A stretch of DNA of 64,000 nucleotides from Gammaproteobacteria bacterium (GTDB lineage: Bacteria; Pseudomonadota; Gammaproteobacteria; Eutrophobiales; Eutrophobiaceae). This document shows positions 27,001 through 39,000 of the stretch, piece after piece (the first letter of the stretch is position 1; the number at the start of each line of letters is the position of its first letter). The translations under genes and the position numbers were made by a program. The notes below the pieces were generated by a model, which saw only the letters and a program-made list of their open reading frames with translations, made no database searches and had not been told where the DNA came from. The stretch is taken from the NCBI GenBank assembly GCA_965215365.1, contig CBDCDS010000003.1, positions 1,344,001-1,408,000 on the forward strand, read 5' to 3'.

Positions 27001-30000
27001 GGCGACGAGCGGTGCCCGCGGCGTTATCACCTACAACACTGGCGATGCGACCGTCTGCACGGTCGGCACCACCACCGGGGCGCTGACCCTCAAGAAGGTG
27101 GGCGCCTGCGTGGTCACCGCCACCGCCGCCGGGGATGCCAACTACGACGCCGCCACCGACACGTTCACCGTGACCGTGCAGGCGAACCTGCCGTTGACCC
27201 TGGCCGCCATCGCCGGCGATGACACCATCAACATCGCCGAGAAGACCGCCGGCTTTACCATCACCGGCACCACCGGCACGGTCAGTGGGGCGTCCGTCAC
27301 GGTCACGGTGGGCAGCACTGCGTTGACGGCCGTCACCTCGGGCAACGACGGCACCTGGTCGGTCAGTGTGCCGGGCAATCAGTCCTACATCACCGGCACG
27401 TCCGTGGCCGTCGCGGTCGATGCCACCAAGTCCGGGCTGGCCGATGCCACGCAAGCGACCCGCACGTTGACTGTGGACTTGGTCAAGCCCACCGCCACCT
27501 ACACCGCGCCGGGCAGCTTGCGGGTGGGCACGGCGGTGACCGTGACCCCGACCAACCCCAGCGCCGACATCAAGACCGGCGGCTACACGGCGAGCGCCCT
27601 GCCGGCGGGCCTGGAGATAAACGCCAACACCGGCGAGATTACCGGCACGCCGACCACGGCCAAGACCGCCACCACCACCGCCACGGTGACGCTCGAAGAT
27701 AATGCCGGTAACACCGCCGAGGTCACGATTAACTTCCCGGCCGTGGCCAAGGGCACACAGACCTTGGCCGGCCTGGCCTACGCCCCGAGCGCGGCGGGCG
27801 TGGGCGCGACGGTAGACCTGACCGCACCCACGGTGTCCCCGGCGACGAGCGGTGCCCGCGGCGTTATCACCTACAACACTGGCGATGCGACCGTCTGCAC
27901 GGTCGGCACCACCACCGGGGCGCTGACCCTCAAGAAGGTGGGCGCCTGCGTGGTCACCGCCACCGCCGCCGGGGATGCCAACTACGACGCCGCCACCGAC
28001 ACGTTCACCGTGACCGTGCAGGCGAACCTGCCGTTGACCCTGGCCGCCATCGCCGGCGATGACACCATCAACATCGCCGAGAAGACCGCCGGCTTTACCA
28101 TCACCGGCACCACCGGCACGGTCAGTGGGGCGTCCGTCACGGTCACGGTGGGCAGCACTGCGTTGACGGCCGTCACCTCGGGCAACGACGGCACCTGGTC
28201 GGTCAGTGTGCCGGGCAATCAGTCCTACATCACCGGCACGTCCGTGGCCGTCGCGGTCGATGCCACCAAGTCCGGGCTGGCCGATGCCACGCAAGCGACC
28301 CGCACGTTGACTGTGGACTTGGTCAAGCCCACCGCCACCTACACCGCGCCGGGCAGCTTGCGGGTGGGCACGGCGGTGACCGTGACCCCGACCAACCCCA
28401 GCGCCGACATCAAGACCGGCGGCTACACGGCGAGCGCCCTGCCGGCGGGCCTGGAGATAAACGCCAACACCGGCGAGATTACCGGCACGCCGACCACGGC
28501 CAAGACCGCCACCACCACCGCCACGGTGACGCTCGAAGATAATGCCGGTAACACCGCCGAGGTCACGATTAACTTCCCGGCCGTGGCCAAGGGCACACAG
28601 ACCTTGGCCGGCCTGGCCTACGCCCCGAGCGCGGCGGGCGTGGGCGCGACGGTAGACCTGACCGCACCCACGGTGTCCCCGGCGACGAGCGGTGCCCGCG
28701 GCGTTATCACCTACAACACTGGCGATGCGACCGTCTGCACGGTCGGCACCACCACCGGGGCGCTGACCCTCAAGAAGGTGGGCGCCTGCGTGGTCACCGC
28801 CACCGCCGCCGGGGATGCCAACTACGACGCCGCCACCGACACGTTCACCGTGACCGTGCAGGCGAACCTGCCGTTGACCCTGGCCGCCATCGCCGGCGAT
28901 GACACCATCAACATCGCCGAGAAGACCGCCGGCTTTACCATCACCGGCACCACCGGCACGGTCAGTGGGGCGTCCGTCACGGTCACGGTGGGCAGCACTG
29001 CGTTGACGGCCGTCACCTCGGGCAACGACGGCACCTGGTCGGTCAGTGTGCCGGGCAATCAGTCCTACATCACCGGCACGTCCGTGGCCGTCGCGGTCGA
29101 TGCCACCAAGTCCGGGCTGGCCGATGCCACGCAAGCGACCCGCACGTTGACTGTGGACTTGGTCAAGCCCACCGCCACCTACACCGCGCCGGGCAGCTTG
29201 CGGGTGGGCACGGCGGTGACCGTGACCCCGACCAACCCCAGCGCCGACATCAAGACCGGCGGCTACACGGCGAGCGCCCTGCCGGCGGGCCTGGAGATAA
29301 ACGCCAACACCGGCGAGATTACCGGCACGCCGACCACGGCCAAGACCGCCACCACCACCGCCACGGTGACGCTCGAAGATAATGCCGGTAACACCGCCGA
29401 GGTCACGATTAACTTCCCGGCCGTGGCCAAGGGCACACAGACCTTGGCCGGCCTGGCCTACGCCCCGAGCGCGGCGGGCGTGGGCGCGACGGTAGACCTG
29501 ACCGCACCCACGGTGTCCCCGGCGACGAGCGGTGCCCGCGGCGTTATCACCTACAACACTGGCGATGCGACCGTCTGCACGGTCGGCACCACCACCGGGG
29601 CGCTGACCCTCAAGAAGGTGGGCGCCTGCGTGGTCACCGCCACCGCCGCCGGGGATGCCAACTACGACGCCGCCACCGACACGTTCACCGTGACCGTGCA
29701 GGCGAACCTGCCGTTGACCCTGGCCGCCATCGCCGGCGATGACACCATCAACATCGCCGAGAAGACCGCCGGCTTTACCATCACCGGCACCACCGGCACG
29801 GTCAGTGGGGCGTCCGTCACGGTCACGGTGGGCAGCACTGCGTTGACGGCCGTCACCTCGGGCAACGACGGCACCTGGTCGGTCAGTGTGCCGGGCAATC
29901 AGTCCTACATCACCGGCACGTCCGTGGCCGTCGCGGTCGATGCCACCAAGTCCGGGCTGGCCGATGCCACGCAAGCGACCCGCACGTTGACTGTGGACTT

Positions 30001-33000
30001 GGTCAAGCCCACCGCCACCTACACCGCGCCGGGCAGCTTGCGGGTGGGCACGGCGGTGACCGTGACCCCGACCAACCCCAGCGCCGACATCAAGACCGGC
30101 GGCTACACGGCGAGCGCCCTGCCGGCGGGCCTGGAGATAAACGCCAACACCGGCGAGATTACCGGCACGCCGACCACGGCCAAGACCGCCACCACCACCG
30201 CCACGGTGACGCTCGAAGATAATGCCGGTAACACCGCCGAGGTCACGATTAACTTCCCGGCCGTGGCCAAGGGCACACAGACCTTGGCCGGCCTGGCCTA
30301 CGCCCCGAGCGCGGCGGGCGTGGGCGCGACGGTAGACCTGACCGCACCCACGGTGTCCCCGGCGACGAGCGGTGCCCGCGGCGTTATCACCTACAACACT
30401 GGCGATGCGACCGTCTGCACGGTCGGCACCACCACCGGGGCGCTGACCCTCAAGAAGGTGGGCGCCTGCGTGGTCACCGCCACCGCCGCCGGGGATGCCA
30501 ACTACGACGCCGCCACCGACACGTTCACCGTGACCGTGCAGGCGAACCTGCCGTTGACCCTGGCCGCCATCGCCGGCGATGACACCATCAACATCGCCGA
30601 GAAGACCGCCGGCTTTACCATCACCGGCACCACCGGCACGGTCAGTGGGGCGTCCGTCACGGTCACGGTGGGCAGCACTGCGTTGACGGCCGTCACCTCG
30701 GGCAACGACGGCACCTGGTCGGTCAGTGTGCCGGGCAATCAGTCCTACATCACCGGCACGTCCGTGGCCGTCGCGGTCGATGCCACCAAGTCCGGGCTGG
30801 CCGATGCCACGCAAGCGACCCGCACGTTGACTGTGGACTTGGTCAAGCCCACCGCCACCTACACCGCGCCGGGCAGCTTGCGGGTGGGCACGGCGGTGAC
30901 CGTGACCCCGACCAACCCCAGCGCCGACATCAAGACCGGCGGCTACACGGCGAGCGCCCTGCCGGCGGGCCTGGAGATAAACGCCAACACCGGCGAGATT
31001 ACCGGCACGCCGACCACGGCCAAGACCGCCACCACCACCGCCACGGTGACGCTCGAAGATAATGCCGGTAACACCGCCGAGGTCACGATTAACTTCCCGG
31101 CCGTGGCCAAGGGCACACAGACCTTGGCCGGCCTGGCCTACGCCCCGAGCGCGGCGGGCGTGGGCGCGACGGTAGACCTGACCGCACCCACGGTGTCCCC
31201 GGCGACGAGCGGTGCCCGCGGCGTTATCACCTACAACACTGGCGATGCGACCGTCTGCACGGTCGGCACCACCACCGGGGCGCTGACCCTCAAGAAGGTG
31301 GGCGCCTGCGTGGTCACCGCCACCGCCGCCGGGGATGCCAACTACGACGCCGCCACCGACACGTTCACCGTGACCGTGCAGGCGAACCTGCCGTTGACCC
31401 TGGCCGCCATCGCCGGCGATGACACCATCAACATCGCCGAGAAGACCGCCGGCTTTACCATCACCGGCACCACCGGCACGGTCAGTGGGGCGTCCGTCAC
31501 GGTCACGGTGGGCAGCACTGCGTTGACGGCCGTCACCTCGGGCAACGACGGCACCTGGTCGGTCAGTGTGCCGGGCAATCAGTCCTACATCACCGGCACG
31601 TCCGTGGCCGTCGCGGTCGATGCCACCAAGTCCGGGCTGGCCGATGCCACGCAAGCGACCCGCACGTTGACTGTGGACTTGGTCAAGCCCACCGCCACCT
31701 ACACCGCGCCGGGCAGCTTGCGGGTGGGCACGGCGGTGACCGTGACCCCGACCAACCCCAGCGCCGACATCAAGACCGGCGGCTACACGGCGAGCGCCCT
31801 GCCGGCGGGCCTGGAGATAAACGCCAACACCGGCGAGATTACCGGCACGCCGACCACGGCCAAGACCGCCACCACCACCGCCACGGTGACGCTCGAAGAT
31901 AATGCCGGTAACACCGCCGAGGTCACGATTAACTTCCCGGCCGTGGCCAAGGGCACACAGACCTTGGCCGGCCTGGCCTACGCCCCGAGCGCGGCGGGCG
32001 TGGGCGCGACGGTAGACCTGACCGCACCCACGGTGTCCCCGGCGACGAGCGGTGCCCGCGGCGTTATCACCTACAACACTGGCGATGCGACCGTCTGCAC
32101 GGTCGGCACCACCACCGGGGCGCTGACCCTCAAGAAGGTGGGCGCCTGCGTGGTCACCGCCACCGCCGCCGGGGATGCCAACTACGACGCCGCCACCGAC
32201 ACGTTCACCGTGACCGTGCAGGCGAACCTGCCGTTGACCCTGGCCGCCATCGCCGGCGATGACACCATCAACATCGCCGAGAAGACCGCCGGCTTTACCA
32301 TCACCGGCACCACCGGCACGGTCAGTGGGGCGTCCGTCACGGTCACGGTGGGCAGCACTGCGTTGACGGCCGTCACCTCGGGCAACGACGGCACCTGGTC
32401 GGTCAGTGTGCCGGGCAATCAGTCCTACATCACCGGCACGTCCGTGGCCGTCGCGGTCGATGCCACCAAGTCCGGGCTGGCCGATGCCACGCAAGCGACC
32501 CGCACGTTGACTGTGGACTTGGTCAAGCCCACCGCCACCTACACCGCGCCGGGCAGCTTGCGGGTGGGCACGGCGGTGACCGTGACCCCGACCAACCCCA
32601 GCGCCGACATCAAGACCGGCGGCTACACGGCGAGCGCCCTGCCGGCGGGCCTGGAGATAAACGCCAACACCGGCGAGATTACCGGCACGCCGACCACGGC
32701 CAAGACCGCCACCACCACCGCCACGGTGACGCTCGAAGATAATGCCGGTAACACCGCCGAGGTCACGATTAACTTCCCGGCCGTGGCCAAGGGCACACAG
32801 ACCTTGGCCGGCCTGGCCTACGCCCCGAGCGCGGCGGGCGTGGGCGCGACGGTAGACCTGACCGCACCCACGGTGTCCCCGGCGACGAGCGGTGCCCGCG
32901 GCGTTATCACCTACAACACTGGCGATGCGACCGTCTGCACGGTCGGCACCACCACCGGGGCGCTGACCCTCAAGAAGGTGGGCGCCTGCGTGGTCACCGC

Positions 33001-36000
33001 CACCGCCGCCGGGGATGCCAACTACGACGCCGCCACCGACACGTTCACCGTGACCGTGCAGGCGAACCTGCCGTTGACCCTGGCCGCCATCGCCGGCGAT
33101 GACACCATCAACATCGCCGAGAAGACCGCCGGCTTTACCATCACCGGCACCACCGGCACGGTCAGTGGGGCGTCCGTCACGGTCACGGTGGGCAGCACTG
33201 CGTTGACGGCCGTCACCTCGGGCAACGACGGCACCTGGTCGGTCAGTGTGCCGGGCAATCAGTCCTACATCACCGGCACGTCCGTGGCCGTCGCGGTCGA
33301 TGCCACCAAGTCCGGGCTGGCCGATGCCACGCAAGCGACCCGCACGTTGACTGTGGACTTGGTCAAGCCCACCGCCACCTACACCGCGCCGGGCAGCTTG
33401 CGGGTGGGCACGGCGGTGACCGTGACCCCGACCAACCCCAGCGCCGACATCAAGACCGGCGGCTACACGGCGAGCGCCCTGCCGGCGGGCCTGGAGATAA
33501 ACGCCAACACCGGCGAGATTACCGGCACGCCGACCACGGCCAAGACCGCCACCACCACCGCCACGGTGACGCTCGAAGATAATGCCGGTAACACCGCCGA
33601 GGTCACGATTAACTTCCCGGCCGTGGCCAAGGGCACACAGACCTTGGCCGGCCTGGCCTACGCCCCGAGCGCGGCGGGCGTGGGCGCGACGGTAGACCTG
33701 ACCGCACCCACGGTGTCCCCGGCGACGAGCGGTGCCCGCGGCGTTATCACCTACAACACTGGCGATGCGACCGTCTGCACGGTCGGCACCACCACCGGGG
33801 CGCTGACCCTCAAGAAGGTGGGCGCCTGCGTGGTCACCGCCACCGCCGCCGGGGATGCCAACTACGACGCCGCCACCGACACGTTCACCGTGACCGTGCA
33901 GGCGAACCTGCCGTTGACCCTGGCCGCCATCGCCGGCGATGACACCATCAACATCGCCGAGAAGACCGCCGGCTTTACCATCACCGGCACCACCGGCACG
34001 GTCAGTGGGGCGTCCGTCACGGTCACGGTGGGCAGCACTGCGTTGACGGCCGTCACCTCGGGCAACGACGGCACCTGGTCGGTCAGTGTGCCGGGCAATC
34101 AGTCCTACATCACCGGCACGTCCGTGGCCGTCGCGGTCGATGCCACCAAGTCCGGGCTGGCCGATGCCACGCAAGCGACCCGCACGTTGACTGTGGACTT
34201 GGTCAAGCCCACCGCCACCTACACCGCGCCGGGCAGCTTGCGGGTGGGCACGGCGGTGACCGTGACCCCGACCAACCCCAGCGCCGACATCAAGACCGGC
34301 GGCTACACGGCGAGCGCCCTGCCGGCGGGCCTGGAGATAAACGCCAACACCGGCGAGATTACCGGCACGCCGACCACGGCCAAGACCGCCACCACCACCG
34401 CCACGGTGACGCTCGAAGATAATGCCGGTAACACCGCCGAGGTCACGATTAACTTCCCGGCCGTGGCCAAGGGCACACAGACCTTGGCCGGCCTGGCCTA
34501 CGCCCCGAGCGCGGCGGGCGTGGGCGCGACGGTAGACCTGACCGCACCCACGGTGTCCCCGGCGACGAGCGGTGCCCGCGGCGTTATCACCTACAACACT
34601 GGCGATGCGACCGTCTGCACGGTCGGCACCACCACCGGGGCGCTGACCCTCAAGAAGGTGGGCGCCTGCGTGGTCACCGCCACCGCCGCCGGGGATGCCA
34701 ACTACGACGCCGCCACCGACACGTTCACCGTGACCGTGCAGGCGAACCTGCCGTTGACCCTGGCCGCCATCGCCGGCGATGACACCATCAACATCGCCGA
34801 GAAGACCGCCGGCTTTACCATCACCGGCACCACCGGCACGGTCAGTGGGGCGTCCGTCACGGTCACGGTGGGCAGCACTGCGTTGACGGCCGTCACCTCG
34901 GGCAACGACGGCACCTGGTCGGTCAGTGTGCCGGGCAATCAGTCCTACATCACCGGCACGTCCGTGGCCGTCGCGGTCGATGCCACCAAGTCCGGGCTGG
35001 CCGATGCCACGCAAGCGACCCGCACGTTGACTGTGGACTTGGTCAAGCCCACCGCCACCTACACCGCGCCGGGCAGCTTGCGGGTGGGCACGGCGGTGAC
35101 CGTGACCCCGACCAACCCCAGCGCCGACATCAAGACCGGCGGCTACACGGCGAGCGCCCTGCCGGCGGGCCTGGAGATAAACGCCAACACCGGCGAGATT
35201 ACCGGCACGCCGACCACGGCCAAGACCGCCACCACCACCGCCACGGTGACGCTCGAAGATAATGCCGGTAACACCGCCGAGGTCACGATTAACTTCCCGG
35301 CCGTGGCCAAGGGCACACAGACCTTGGCCGGCCTGGCCTACGCCCCGAGCGCGGCGGGCGTGGGCGCGACGGTAGACCTGACCGCACCCACGGTGTCCCC
35401 GGCGACGAGCGGTGCCCGCGGCGTTATCACCTACAACACTGGCGATGCGACCGTCTGCACGGTCGGCACCACCACCGGGGCGCTGACCCTCAAGAAGGTG
35501 GGCGCCTGCGTGGTCACCGCCACCGCCGCCGGGGATGCCAACTACGACGCCGCCACCGACACGTTCACCGTGACCGTGCAGGCGAACCTGCCGTTGACCC
35601 TGGCCGCCATCGCCGGCGATGACACCATCAACATCGCCGAGAAGACCGCCGGCTTTACCATCACCGGCACCACCGGCACGGTCAGTGGGGCGTCCGTCAC
35701 GGTCACGGTGGGCAGCACTGCGTTGACGGCCGTCACCTCGGGCAACGACGGCACCTGGTCGGTCAGTGTGCCGGGCAATCAGTCCTACATCACCGGCACG
35801 TCCGTGGCCGTCGCGGTCGATGCCACCAAGTCCGGGCTGGCCGATGCCACGCAAGCGACCCGCACGTTGACTGTGGACTTGGTCAAGCCCACCGCCACCT
35901 ACACCGCGCCGGGCAGCTTGCGGGTGGGCACGGCGGTGACCGTGACCCCGACCAACCCCAGCGCCGACATCAAGACCGGCGGCTACACGGCGAGCGCCCT

Positions 36001-39000
36001 GCCGGCGGGCCTGGAGATAAACGCCAACACCGGCGAGATTACCGGCACGCCGACCACGGCCAAGACCGCCACCACCACCGCCACGGTGACGCTCGAAGAT
36101 AATGCCGGTAACACCGCCGAGGTCACGATTAACTTCCCGGCCGTGGCCAAGGGCACACAGACCTTGGCCGGCCTGGCCTACGCCCCGAGCGCGGCGGGCG
36201 TGGGCGCGACGGTAGACCTGACCGCACCCACGGTGTCCCCGGCGACGAGCGGTGCCCGCGGCGTTATCACCTACAACACTGGCGATGCGACCGTCTGCAC
36301 GGTCGGCACCACCACCGGGGCGCTGACCCTCAAGAAGGTGGGCGCCTGCGTGGTCACCGCCACCGCCGCCGGGGATGCCAACTACGACGCCGCCACCGAC
36401 ACGTTCACCGTGACCGTGCAGGCGAACCTGCCGTTGACCCTGGCCGCCATCGCCGGCGATGACACCATCAACATCGCCGAGAAGACCGCCGGCTTTACCA
36501 TCACCGGCACCACCGGCACGGTCAGTGGGGCGTCCGTCACGGTCACGGTGGGCAGCACTGCGTTGACGGCCGTCACCTCGGGCAACGACGGCACCTGGTC
36601 GGTCAGTGTGCCGGGCAATCAGTCCTACATCACCGGCACGTCCGTGGCCGTCGCGGTCGATGCCACCAAGTCCGGGCTGGCCGATGCCACGCAAGCGACC
36701 CGCACGTTGACTGTGGACTTGGTCAAGCCCACCGCCACCTACACCGCGCCGGGCAGCTTGCGGGTGGGCACGGCGGTGACCGTGACCCCGACCAACCCCA
36801 GCGCCGACATCAAGACCGGCGGCTACACGGCGAGCGCCCTGCCGGCGGGCCTGGAGATAAACGCCAACACCGGCGAGATTACCGGCACGCCGACCACGGC
36901 CAAGACCGCCACCACCACCGCCACGGTGACGCTCGAAGATACCGCCGGTAACACCAATGAGGTTGACATTGACTTCCCGGCGGTCACTAAGGGCGCGCAG
37001 ACCTTGGCCGGCCTGGCCTACGCCCCGAGCGCGGCGGGCGTGGGCGCGAAGGTAGACCTGACCGCACCCACGGTGTCCCCGGCGGCGAGCGGTGCCCGCG
37101 GCGCTATCACCTACAACACTGGCGATGCGACCGTCTGCACGGTCGACACCACCACCGGGACGCTGACCCTCAAGAAGGTGGGCACCTGCGTGGTCACCGC
37201 CACCGCCGCCGGGGATGCCAACTACAACGCCGCCACCGCCAAGGCCACCGTGACCGTGCAGGCGAACCTGCCGTTGACCCTGGCCGCCATCGCCGGCGAT
37301 GACACCATCAACCTCGCCGAGAAGACCGCCGGCTTTACCATCACCGGCACCACCGGCACGGTCAGTGGGGCGTCCGTCACGGTCACGGTGGGCAGCACTG
37401 CGTTGACGGCCGTCACCTCGGGCAACGACGGCACCTGGTCGGTGTCCGTGCCGGGCAATGCCCCCTACATCACCGGCACGTCCGTGGAGGTCACGGTCGA
37501 TGCCACCAAGTCCGGGCTGGCCGATGCCACGCAACATGCCCGCACGTTGACTGTGGACTTGGTCAAGCCCACCGCCACCTACACCGCGCCGGGCAGCTTG
37601 CAGGTGGGCACGGCCATTACCGACATCGCTCCGACCAACCCCAGCGCCGACATCAAGACCGGCGGCTACACGGCGAGCGCCCTGCCGGCGGGCCTGGAGA
37701 TAAACGCCAACACCGGCGAGATTACCGGCACGCCGACCACGGCCAAGACCGCCACCACCACCGCCACGGTGACGCTCGAAGATACCGCCGGTAACACCGC
37801 CGAGGTCACGATTAACTTCCCGGCCGTGGCCAAGGGGACACAAACCTTGAGCGGCCTGGCCTACGCCCCGAGCGCGGCGGGCGTGGGCGCGAAGGTAGAC
37901 CTGACCGCACCCACGGTGTCCCCGGCGGCGAGCGGTGCCCGCGGCGCTATCACCTACAACACTGGCGATGCGACCGTCTGCACGGTCGACACCACCACCG
38001 GGACGCTGACCCTCAAGAAGGTGGGCACCTGCGTGGTCACCGCCACCGCCGCCGGGGATGCCAACTACAACGCCGCCACCGCCAAGGCCACCGTGACCGT
38101 GCAGGCGAACCTGCCGTTGACCCTGGCCGCCATCGCCGGCGATGACACCATCAACATCGCCGAGAAGACCGCCGGCTTTACCATCACCGGCACCACCGGC
38201 ACGGTCAGTGGGGCGTCCGTCACGGTCACGGTGGGCAGCACTGCGTTGACGGCCGTCACCTCGGGCAACGACGGCACCTGGTCGGTCAGTGTGCCGGGCA
38301 ATCAGTCCTACATCACCGGCACGTCCGTGGCCGTCGCGGTCGATGCCACCAAGTCCGGGCTGGCCGATGCCACGCAAGCGACCCGCACGTTGACTGTGGA
38401 CTTGGTCAAGCCCACCGCCACCTACACCGCGCCGGGCAGCTTGCAGGTGGGCACGGCGGTGACCGTGACCCCGACCAACCCCAGCGCCGACATCAAGACC
38501 GGCGGCTACACGGCGAGCGCCCTGCCGGCGGGCCTGGAGATAAACGCCAACACCGGCGAGATTACCGGCACGCCGACCACGGCCAAGACCGCCACCACCA
38601 CCGCCACGGTGACGCTCGAAGATACCGCCGGTAACACCAATGAGGTTGACATTGACTTCCCGGCGGTCACTAAGGGCGCGCAGACCTTGGCCGGCCTGGC
38701 CTACGCCCCGAGCGCGGCGGGCGTGGGCGCGAAGGTAGACCTGACCGCACCCACGGTGTCCCCGGCGGCGAGCGGTGCCCGCGGCGCTATCACCTACAAC
38801 ACTGGCGATGCGACCGTCTGCACGGTCGACACCACCACCGGGGCGCTGACCCTCAAGAAGGTGGGCGCCTGCGTGGTCACCGCCACCGCCGCCGGGGATA
38901 CCAACTACGACGCCGCCACCGACACGTTCACCGTGACCGTGCAGGCGAACCTGCCGTTGACCCTGGCCGCCATCGCCGGCGATGACACCATCAACATCGC